DNA of 32,000 nucleotides from assembly GCF_963967315.1 (NCBI RefSeq), contig NZ_OZ017288.1, positions 30,001-62,000 on the forward strand, given 5' to 3'. Positions within the stretch are counted from its first letter, which is position 1, and every line of letters starts with the position of its first letter. Source of the stretch: Candidatus Minimicrobia sp. QA0096 (lineage in GTDB: Bacteria; Patescibacteriota; Saccharimonadia; Saccharimonadales; Saccharimonadaceae). Shown here piece after piece: positions 1 to 7,447 of this stretch. The translations under genes were made by a program, and so were the position numbers. The notes under the pieces were generated by a model that saw nothing but the letters and a program-made list of their open reading frames with translations, was not told the origin of the DNA and searched no databases.

Positions 1-807
1 TATATCAATCAGGTCAATTTGGGTGCGGGTACTGGATTGAGCGTTCGCGATTATGAATTGAGCGAATCGGAAGATAATGTTCTGTTGCGGACTGACTTGG
101 AAAAGGTTGGGCGAGCTGAAACGCTGATTCATTTGATTGAACATGAGCGTCATGACATCGTGGAGTTTTCGGAGACTGAGCACGAATTCAAGCGTATGAA
201 GGGAATTGTGGCGCGATTTACCGATCCGAACAACCCTGACACGACATTCTACACGGTTAAGTTGATTCAGCAAGGTCAGACGCTAAAGAGTGCGTTGGCT
301 TGGGAATTTTCTGATGGCAAATTTGGTTCATTTAATGCGGAAGTTGGTTTTAAGGTTCCAGATGATAATCAAGTTTTGATTGTTGGTAAAGATATTTTTG
401 CGTTTAATCCTGGAAAATTTGAGCGAATGTTTGGCTATGAGTATAAAAAGCAGGTGATTGCTGATAAAAAAGTAGCGGAAATTGAGAAGGAATATAAGCT
501 AAGTTTTCCGGAGGGAATGGATCTTAACGCGTTGGTGAAGGAGCGCAAAAAGACGATTAATAAATTGCAGAAATTGGAAATCGGCGCGGTTAAGCAGGAA
601 GATGTTTTGGATTATGCTGATGAGATGCAATTGGAATTGATGAGCGATGATAATGGCGCGATTATTATCATGGACGGCAATGATTTGGATATGTTCGTAA
701 ATCTCATTAACGAGGATTATATCGAGAGTAAAATCACGGGCAAGCGTTACGAAATTAAGTCGAAGAAGCTGCTCGGTGAGCCAGAGGGCGAACCGCCACG
801 AGGCTAA
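1..807 (+). CDS. Hypothetical protein, C-terminal fragment (5' end outside window)
   Basis: Frame 1 has no stop between base 1 and the listed start at 19, so the CDS very likely continues upstream of the window. The stop TAA 805-807 lies 1 nt before ATG 809 of the helicase gene, which is an operon-like arrangement. The protein is acidic and Lys/Glu-rich, and I cannot assign a motif with confidence. Confidence 0.55.
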   Translation, partial: YINQVNLGAGTGLSVRDYELSESEDNVLLRTDLEKVGRAETLIHLIEHERHDIVEFSETEHEFKRMKGIVARFTDPNNPDTTFYTVKLIQQGQTLKSALAWEFSDGKFGSFNAEVGFKVPDDNQVLIVGKDIFAFNPGKFERMFGYEYKKQVIADKKVAEIEKEYKLSFPEGMDLNALVKERKKTINKLQKLEIGAVKQEDVLDYADEMQLELMSDDNGAIIIMDGNDLDMFVNLINEDYIESKITGKRYEIKSKKLLGEPEGEPPRG

Positions 808-2083
808 AATGGATCAAGAATTAGCGTTGGCTATTCTGCTGAGCGGTCGGTCGGCGTTGCTGACTGGTGCGGCTGGAACGGGCAAAACTTACCTGTTGAA
901 TACTTTTATTGCGCAGGCGCGAAAACGGGGTAAAAAGGTGTCGGTAACAGCGACAACTGGTCTGGCGGCGACACATCTTGGTGGCAATACGATTCACAGC
1001 TGGAGTGGCATTGGTGTGAATGATCGTTTGCCGAACAATTTTTTTGAACGATTGTCAAAAACGCGGCGTGATGTGATTTCTAAAACCGACGTGTTGATCA
1101 TTGACGAGATTTCAATGCTTCACGATTTTCGGCTGGATATGATTGATAAGGTTTTAAGAACCGTCAGGGAAAATGATCAGCCGTTTGGCGGTATTCAGTT
1201 GGTGATGAGTGGCGATTTTTTCCAATTGCCGCCAGTGAATCGTCCGAACGAGCAGGGCGGCGGATTTGTGGTTTATTCTGATGCTTGGCAAGAACTTCAG
1301 CCGGCGGTTTTATATTTGGAGCGACAATATCGTCAGAATGATGAACAGCTTTTGGAGATTTTAACAGCCTTAAGGACTGGCGATGTTAGGCGACGCCACG
1401 TCGAAGCGTTGCTAGCACGCACGGAAATTGAGCCGCCAGATGAAGATATTACGGAGTTGCATACCGTAAACGTCGACGTTGATGATATCAATATTCAAAA
1501 ATTGGCGGAATTGCCAGGAGAAGAGCGTTCGTATCAGCAGACGACGACAGGCTCGAAAATTTATGTAGAGAATCTGCAAAGGTCAGTTTTGGCTCCAGAA
1601 AATCTGGTAATTAAGCTGGGTGCGTTGGTGATGGCGGTTAAAAATTCGCCGCAAAAATTATATGCCAATGGTAGTATTGGAACGGTCGTGGATTTCGAGC
1701 CGTTGACGGAATATCCTGTTGTTGAGTTTCGAGATGGTCGTCGAGTGACGATGGTACCGGATGTTTGGGAATTGCGGGACGGAGAGCGTAAACGAGCGAG
1801 TATTTCTCAGGTTCCGCTGCGTTTGGCGTGGGCGATAACGGTTCACAAAAGTCAGGGAATGACGCTTGATGCGGCTAAGATTGACCTGAGAAAGGCGTTT
1901 GTTGAAGGTATGGGTTATGTAGCTTTGAGTCGCGTGCGAGATCTGGACAATTTATATCTATACGGAATTAACCGTAGGGCGCTGGAAGTTTCTCCTGACG
2001 CGCTGGCAATTGACGAGGTTTTGAGACAGACAAGTAGGGAGTCTGTTGAGAGATATAGAGGTGTGGTCTTTAGATCTCATTAG
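776..2083 (+). CDS. PIF1/RecD-family SF1B DNA helicase
   Basis: Walker A LLTGAAGTGKTYLL, Walker B VLIIDEISML, and the C-terminal motif AITVHKSQGMTLD typical of RecD/Pif1-type helicases. The start is either GTG 776 or, more likely, ATG 809 (MDQELA...), directly after the upstream stop. Confidence 0.85.
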   Translation: MSQRANRHEAKMDQELALAILLSGRSALLTGAAGTGKTYLLNTFIAQARKRGKKVSVTATTGLAATHLGGNTIHSWSGIGVNDRLPNNFFERLSKTRRDVISKTDVLIIDEISMLHDFRLDMIDKVLRTVRENDQPFGGIQLVMSGDFFQLPPVNRPNEQGGGFVVYSDAWQELQPAVLYLERQYRQNDEQLLEILTALRTGDVRRRHVEALLARTEIEPPDEDITELHTVNVDVDDINIQKLAELPGEERSYQQTTTGSKIYVENLQRSVLAPENLVIKLGALVMAVKNSPQKLYANGSIGTVVDFEPLTEYPVVEFRDGRRVTMVPDVWELRDGERKRASISQVPLRLAWAITVHKSQGMTLDAAKIDLRKAFVEGMGYVALSRVRDLDNLYLYGINRRALEVSPDALAIDEVLRQTSRESVERYRGVVFRSH

Positions 2084-2155
2084 TAGTTTATTGAATAGAG
2101 TGCTGGAGTTTATCGCTATTGATTTATTGAGGATTATTTACTATACTGACGCTAA

Positions 2156-2208
2156 GAACCACCGGAGCTAAATCGCCTTACTTGAGCGGTTCGCCGGTGT
2201 TCTTTTTA
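2156..2208 (+). terminator. Candidate intrinsic terminator after the helicase gene
   Basis: Long imperfect hairpin GAAC(C)ACCGG ... CCGGTGTTC followed by TTTTTATT, about 70 nt after the helicase stop. Confidence 0.45.
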
Positions 2209-2327
2209 TTGTTAAAAGCGTATACTAGTTTGCCTTTCAACTGTAGGCTGGTCTAAAATAACTTTAAGTGCTAATCCATTGCTCAAAACTATTAAATAGC
2301 GTAGACTTACATCAACCCAACACTAGA

Positions 2328-2360
2328 CTTTTCCACAAAAATGTGGAAAAGTTTTTATTT
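2328..2360 (+). terminator. Strong hairpin plus T-run (intrinsic terminator)
   Basis: Perfect 10-bp stem CTTTTCCACA (2328-2337) / TGTGGAAAAG (2342-2351) with an AAAA loop, followed by TTTTTATTT. Confidence 0.6.
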
Positions 2361-2394
2361 GACATAAAAATGGGTAAAAAGTCATAAAAAGGGC

Positions 2395-2436
2395 TTGCAA
2401 GTGGGTAGGTGTGGGTAGTATAGTGGAGTCAGTGGA
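2395..2436 (+). promoter_or_regulatory. dcw (Pmra-like) promoter overlapped by four GTGG(G/A) direct repeats, a candidate MraZ operator
   Basis: TTGCAA (2395-2400), 18 nt, TATAGT (2419-2424). GTGGG occurs at 2401 and 2411 and GTGGA at 2423 and 2432, giving spacings of 10, 12 and 9 nt, about 85-115 nt upstream of the mraZ GTG. Confidence 0.5.
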
Positions 2437-2517
2437 ACGAAAGTTGATGGAAAATCACCAACAAAAAACAAACATCCACTACAAAAAACAACTAATCTAC
2501 CACGAAGGAAGGACGAC

Positions 2518-2886
2518 GTGCAGACAGATTACTTTGAGCGTAAGTTGGACGACAAGCGACGCTTGACAATTCCGGCTGAGCTCAGGGCAGAATTTGCATC
2601 AGGCGTCGTGCTAACTCGCGGGTTTGGTAAATATCTCCACTTATATCCACAGCAAATCTGGGATCGGGAAGTGGAAAGCGCTCTAACGGGAAGTATTCTG
2701 GATGAGCGAGTTGCCGACCTGAACGTTAAATTCCGACGAGGTAAAACCGCATCGGCGCTCGACCAAAAACAAGGACGAGTGACGATTGAGCAGCATTTGC
2801 TCGACTACGCTGGAATTGACAGAGAAGTCGTTGCTGTGCGAGCGGGGGAATATTTTCGGCTAATAGCGGCTGAGAATGCGGAATAG
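2518..2886 (+). CDS. mraZ: Transcriptional regulator MraZ (short, 122 aa)
   Basis: Two SpoVT/AbrB-like half-domains carry the MraZ signature: LDDKRRLTIPAELR and LDQKQGRVTIEQHLLDYAGI. SD GAAGGAAGGA precedes the GTG start, and the gene is first in the dcw cluster. Confidence 0.85.
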   Translation: MQTDYFERKLDDKRRLTIPAELRAEFASGVVLTRGFGKYLHLYPQQIWDREVESALTGSILDERVADLNVKFRRGKTASALDQKQGRVTIEQHLLDYAGIDREVVAVRAGEYFRLIAAENAE

Positions 2887-3166
2887 TAGATTAGCTAAGC
2901 ACTTTAACAATTAGAAACCTCTCGAGATCAACTATCTGGGTATTTGAAAATGGCATGTGGCAATTTGCTCCACATTAAAAAAGGCAACGCACCTTCCTCA
3001 AACACCTCCCAAAAAAACTCCACCTCACACATAAGTCTCTTTGGAAAACATGGTTGTTACTGACAATCAACAAATTTCCACTCTAAGACAACAAAAACAA
3101 ACAAAACACAAATACAAAAAAGCCAGAATTAAATATCCAGTTAGGTGATCTCGAGCATTATTTCTG

Positions 3167-3172
3167 TATAAT
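3167..3172 (+). promoter_or_regulatory. -10 box TATAAT placed 6 nt upstream of the rsmH ATG (leaderless-type promoter)
   Basis: TATAAT at 3167-3172, then GGAATA, then ATG at 3179. There is no SD in between. Confidence 0.4.
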
Positions 3173-3178
3173 GGAATA

Positions 3179-4099
3179 ATGATGAGTATTAAAGAACATC
3201 CACCACAGTCGGAAGAACTCCAAGCGAGCGAACCGATTCATGTTCCCGTACTTTTGGAGATAACCCTTAGCAAGCTGCAGCCAGTCGAAGGCGAGTCGTA
3301 TCTCGACTTGACGGCTGGCTATGGCGGTCATGCCAGGGCATTCTTAAATAGGACGGATAATTACTTGAACTCAGTGTTAGTAGATCGCGACGAAAACGCG
3401 ATTAAAACATTGGGTGATTTGGCTGAAAAAGGCGTAACTTTAATTCACAAAGATTTTGTGAGCGCGGCGCAAGATTTGGTCAAGCAGGGGCGTAAGTTTG
3501 ACGTGATTTTGGCTGATTTGGGGGTGTCGTCACCGCAGCTTGACAGAGCAGAGAGAGGTTTTTCGTTCAGATTTGATGGTCCGCTAGATATGCGGATGGA
3601 CAATCGGACGGAAATCACAGCAGCGGATATTATCAATTCGTATTCGGTTGACGATTTGACGCAGCTGATTATTCATTACGGCGAAGAAAATCCCGGGCGG
3701 GCCAGGCGAATTGCGCAGGCAATTGTAAAAGCTCGACCAATTCAGGGAACGACTGAGCTGGCTGATCTGATCAAGCAAACCGTTGGTCGCGGTAGCATGA
3801 AGCATCATCCTGCGACTCGTACCTTTCAGGCGCTACGCATTGAAGTCAATCGCGAACTTAAGCTGATTGAAGAACTATTACCGCTTTTGCCACGCTTACT
3901 TAATAAGGGCGGGCGAGTGGGAATAATTAGTTTTCATAGCTTGGAAGACAGATTGATCAAGCGTTACTTTTCGGAGCAAGCAATGGCTGGCTATGAGGCT
4001 GAGCTGATTGTTCCAGAGAAAAAACCGGTGTCTGGAACTGAAGATGTTCACAATCCGCGTAGTCGAAGTGCGAAGTTTCGATACGCCGTGAAAAAATAA
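3179..4099 (+). CDS. rsmH: 16S rRNA (cytosine1402-N4)-methyltransferase RsmH
   Basis: Motifs HVPVLL, DLTAGYGGHA, DLGVSSPQLD, RGFSF and LDMRMD, plus the canonical position after mraZ. Confidence 0.95.
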   Translation: MMSIKEHPPQSEELQASEPIHVPVLLEITLSKLQPVEGESYLDLTAGYGGHARAFLNRTDNYLNSVLVDRDENAIKTLGDLAEKGVTLIHKDFVSAAQDLVKQGRKFDVILADLGVSSPQLDRAERGFSFRFDGPLDMRMDNRTEITAADIINSYSVDDLTQLIIHYGEENPGRARRIAQAIVKARPIQGTTELADLIKQTVGRGSMKHHPATRTFQALRIEVNRELKLIEELLPLLPRLLNKGGRVGIISFHSLEDRLIKRYFSEQAMAGYEAELIVPEKKPVSGTEDVHNPRSRSAKFRYAVKK

Positions 4100-4121
4100 A
4101 ACAAAAAGAAGGGGGGCTATT

Positions 4122-4193
4122 ATGCCAATCCACATCAAAGTAGAATTCCAGAATACAGACAAGGCAGAGGCTGTTTCAGTACGCCGCGGCTAA
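4122..4193 (+). CDS. Candidate 23-aa micro-ORF (MPIHIKVEFQNTDKAEAVSVRRG)
   Basis: Strong SD GAAGGGGGG ends 5 nt before ATG 4122, and the stop is TAA 4191-4193. It lies between rsmH and the ftsL-like gene and is followed by a hairpin at 4226-4256. No family is recognised. Confidence 0.25.
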   Translation: MPIHIKVEFQNTDKAEAVSVRRG

Positions 4194-4225
4194 ACTAAAG
4201 CGTATTCCGGAATATACCTTAGAAA

Positions 4226-4262
4226 AACCAGCCTGTCTTTAACGGGCGGGCTGGTTTGTTAT
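4226..4262 (+). terminator. Hairpin plus T-rich tail between rsmH and the ftsL-like gene
   Basis: AACCAGCC (4226-4233) / GGCTGGTT (4249-4256), followed by TGTTATGTT. Confidence 0.4.
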
Positions 4263-4298
4263 GTTAAATACAAATATAAACATAAAAGATAGAGACAA

Positions 4299-4640
4299 AT
4301 GACAAACACCACCACATTTACTTCACGACGTTCACACGGTCAATTACGCCGAAATCAGAATTCTACACGTTTTCAGTCTCAGGTCAAACTTGGTCCTGTT
4401 GCTCATACAGTGCTAGTTGCATTGATGATTACAGTACTGGGCTTGATTTATCTTACTCAGGCAACCAGACTTACAGCTTACGGCTATGAAGCTCAGAGTC
4501 TGGATACAAAAATCACCGAACTAAGCGCAAAAAAGTCAGAATTGGAAGTGCAGAATGCACGCTTGACGGCGTTAGAGAAGGTGAAGAATAGCAATGTCGC
4601 TTCAGCTATGACGACAGCTGAAACGCATTACGCTCAATAG
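4299..4640 (+). CDS. FtsL-like cell-division protein (bitopic, coiled coil)
   Basis: 113 aa with a basic N-terminus, one TM helix (VLVALMITVLGLIYLTQA) and then a coiled-coil-like segment (ITELSAKKSELEVQNARLTALEK). It occupies the canonical ftsL slot between rsmH and ftsI. The call rests on topology and synteny only. Confidence 0.6.
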   Translation: MTNTTTFTSRRSHGQLRRNQNSTRFQSQVKLGPVAHTVLVALMITVLGLIYLTQATRLTAYGYEAQSLDTKITELSAKKSELEVQNARLTALEKVKNSNVASAMTTAETHYAQ

Positions 4641-4649
4641 TGATATAAT
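4641..4649 (+). promoter_or_regulatory. Extended -10 box TGATATAAT upstream of ftsI
   Basis: TGATATAAT ends 12 nt before ATG 4662. It is the same 9-mer as the 3' end of every CRISPR repeat and as the speH promoter. Confidence 0.4.
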
Positions 4650-4661
4650 AAGATAAGCAAT

Positions 4662-6407
4662 ATGCAGCGGCTTATTCGTTCAAGAACTGGTTGGTTGGCC
4701 ATCGCTTTACTAGTAGTGATGGCAGCTTTTGTGTTGCGATTATTTCAATTGCAGATTTTGCAATATGGCAAATATACGGAATTAGCACGGGCAAGTCAGC
4801 AGCGTCAATTTATCATTCCTGCGGAGCGCGGGAAAATTTACATGATGGACGGAAAAACGCCAGTTCCAGTGGTGCTTAATCAGGCGGTCTATACGGTGAT
4901 TGCGGACCCGCAGTCGATTGACGATAAAGAGCGGAGCCAGCTTGTTGATAGTTTGAGGGAAATTGCTGGCGGCGAAATGACAGAAAATGTATCTGAACGG
5001 CTCAATAATAAAAAGTCGCGCTATGAAGTTTTGGCGAAAAATATTACCAGGACTCAAGCGGAAAAATTGAAAAAGAAAAACTTTGCGGGCGTGTTGTATC
5101 AGCAAAGTTCTATTCGAAATTATCCTGAGGGCGAACTGGGCGCGCACGTGCTTGGATTTGTGAACGCGGCTGGCGAAGGTCAATATGGCGTCGAAGGCTC
5201 TCTGAATAAGCAGCTTAAAGGTCGGGACGGGCTATTGCAATCTGTAACTGACGTGAGGAATATACCTTTGACGGTTGGAAAAAATAATATGCGAATCGAG
5301 GCGAAGCCTGGCGATAATTTAGCGCTGACGGTGGACAGGAACATTCAAAGCCAGACTGAATTGGCGTTGAAAAAGGGAGTCGAAGCAGCTGGCGCCACCG
5401 AGGGAAGCGTGATTGTTATGAATCCGAAAAACGGTCAAGTTTTGGCAATGGCGAATTATCCGACTTATAATCCGGCGGATTTTGCCAAGCAGAAAAATGG
5501 GTCGGTGTTTGTGGATAGCGCGTCGATGGTGCCGTTTGAGCCGGGTTCGATTATCAAGTCTTTTAGCTTCGCTACGGCAATTGACAAGGGTGTTATTACT
5601 CCGTCCAGCACGTATAATAATACCGATTGTATTAAAGTCGCTGACCGCACGATGTGTAACGTCCTGAGAGGTTTGAGTGGCACAATGACGATTCAAGGTG
5701 CGTTTAACAATTCGCTCAACGTTGGTACGATTACCGCAATTCGAAAATTAGGAAATGGTTCGCAGATTAATTTGCCGGCTCGCCAGACTTTGTATGAATA
5801 TTATCACGATAAATTTGGCTTTGGGGCTAAAACTGGAATTGAGCTGGGCGAGGCTTCGGGTTATATTTACCCGCCGGATAGTGCTGAAGGAAATGAGGTT
5901 CGCTATTCAGCTATGACTTACGGGCAGAGTATGAACTTGACTATGGTTCAAGTCGCGGCTGGATTTTCGTCGCTAGTTAACGGCGGTCAATATTACAAGC
6001 CAACTATTCTCGTTGGCACAATTGACGAATCTGGCAATCTGAAATCGTCGGAAAATAAAGTTATTCGCCAAACCGTAAGTGGCGGCACGTCATCGCAGAT
6101 GCGAACAATGTTAACGACAGCGCGCCGATCTTTATTCTTGTCAAAGAGCGACAAGTCTGGTTATGAAATCGGCGGAAAAACTGGTACTTCTGAAACAGTG
6201 GTCAATGGTGCTTACACTCAAAAGGAAACGATTGCTACATATATTGGTTATGGCGGTGGAAAAAATGGTGCCGAATATGTCATAATGGTACGTGTAGCGG
6301 CTCCGGGAAGAGGGATTAACTTACAGGGAAATCTCCATGCCGGACCAATTTTTACAGATATATCCAACTGGATGATTGATTATATGAAAATAGCACCAAA
6401 GGAATAA
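4662..6407 (+). CDS. ftsI: Penicillin-binding protein / peptidoglycan D,D-transpeptidase FtsI (class B PBP)
   Basis: N-terminal TM anchor and the transpeptidase motifs SxxK (SIIKSF), SxN (SLN) and KTG (GGKTGTS), in dcw context. Confidence 0.9.
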   Translation: MQRLIRSRTGWLAIALLVVMAAFVLRLFQLQILQYGKYTELARASQQRQFIIPAERGKIYMMDGKTPVPVVLNQAVYTVIADPQSIDDKERSQLVDSLREIAGGEMTENVSERLNNKKSRYEVLAKNITRTQAEKLKKKNFAGVLYQQSSIRNYPEGELGAHVLGFVNAAGEGQYGVEGSLNKQLKGRDGLLQSVTDVRNIPLTVGKNNMRIEAKPGDNLALTVDRNIQSQTELALKKGVEAAGATEGSVIVMNPKNGQVLAMANYPTYNPADFAKQKNGSVFVDSASMVPFEPGSIIKSFSFATAIDKGVITPSSTYNNTDCIKVADRTMCNVLRGLSGTMTIQGAFNNSLNVGTITAIRKLGNGSQINLPARQTLYEYYHDKFGFGAKTGIELGEASGYIYPPDSAEGNEVRYSAMTYGQSMNLTMVQVAAGFSSLVNGGQYYKPTILVGTIDESGNLKSSENKVIRQTVSGGTSSQMRTMLTTARRSLFLSKSDKSGYEIGGKTGTSETVVNGAYTQKETIATYIGYGGGKNGAEYVIMVRVAAPGRGINLQGNLHAGPIFTDISNWMIDYMKIAPKE

Positions 6408-6409
6408 AT

Positions 6410-7447
6410 ATGGGAATAGCTTTACAAACAATGACCAATGAATTGACGCACGTGTTTTTACTGAGCGTCGGCGCGTTTTTACTAGCGATGTTTTTAACGC
6501 CAATTTATACGTTTTTCGCTTATCGATATCGCTTCTGGAAGCGCCAAAGGTCGGAAAGCACTGACGGGAAAAAGCTAAAGATTTTTGCCAAATTCCAAGC
6601 GGCAAAATTGCGTCGAAACATCCCGACGATGGCTGGAGTGATTGGCGTAATTTCAATCTTTGTGGTGACGATTTTCTTTAATTTAGACCGAGCGCAGACC
6701 TGGCTTCCTTTGGCGGCGTTGGTTGGTGGCGGAATTGTTGGGCTAATTGACGATATCATCAATCTACGCGGTTTGGGCGGCGGCGCGGCTGGGCTTCGTA
6801 GTCCAGTGAAGTTTGCGCTGATTACGTTGATTGGCGTGGTGCTTGGTTGGTTTTTCTTTGCCAAACTGGGCGTGACGAGTTTTCACGTGCCGTTTGTGGG
6901 CGAGGTGAATATTGGTTGGTTGATAGTTCCTTTGTTCGCATTTGCGGTGGTGGCTACCGGCAACGCTGTTAATATTTCTGACGGGATGGATGGACTGGCG
7001 GGTGGGCTGCTTGGTATTAGCTTTGGAGCATTTGGTGTGATTGCCTTATTGCAACAACATGTTATATTGGCGGGATTCTGCTTTACGGTTGTTGGTGTGC
7101 TTTTGAGCTATTTGTGGTTCAATATTTATCCAGCTCGATTCTTCATGGGCGATGTTGGGAGTTTCGCTTATGGCGCGTGTTTGGGCGTTGTGGCAATGCT
7201 GACCGACTCTTTGCTCCTACTTCCTGTGATTGGCTTACTATTTGTAATTGAGGCGGGATCAAGCTTGACTCAAATCGTCAGTAAGAAGCTGTTTAAGAGA
7301 AAGATTTTCTTATCCGCGCCGATTCATCATCACTTGGAGGCGATTGGTTGGCCAGAAACTAAAGTGACGATGCGCTTCTGGGTCATTGGCTGCGTGATGG
7401 CATTTATTGGCGTGATGCTGGCGCTCGCTGGAGGTCATATTGCGTAA
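6410..7447 (+). CDS. mraY: Phospho-N-acetylmuramoyl-pentapeptide transferase MraY
   Basis: Polytopic membrane protein with NAVNISDGMDGLAGG and the C-terminal HHHLE motif, in dcw context. Confidence 0.95.
   Translation: MGIALQTMTNELTHVFLLSVGAFLLAMFLTPIYTFFAYRYRFWKRQRSESTDGKKLKIFAKFQAAKLRRNIPTMAGVIGVISIFVVTIFFNLDRAQTWLPLAALVGGGIVGLIDDIINLRGLGGGAAGLRSPVKFALITLIGVVLGWFFFAKLGVTSFHVPFVGEVNIGWLIVPLFAFAVVATGNAVNISDGMDGLAGGLLGISFGAFGVIALLQQHVILAGFCFTVVGVLLSYLWFNIYPARFFMGDVGSFAYGACLGVVAMLTDSLLLLPVIGLLFVIEAGSSLTQIVSKKLFKRKIFLSAPIHHHLEAIGWPETKVTMRFWVIGCVMAFIGVMLALAGGHIA

Noticed and set aside
2328-2351. An inverted pair of DnaA-box-like 9-mers (TTTTCCACA / TGTGGAAAA), possibly an origin of replication.
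   Set aside because: It is a single palindromic pair that also forms a perfect terminator hairpin with a T-run. There is no cluster of boxes, no AT-rich unwinding element arrangement, and no dnaA or dnaN nearby in the window.
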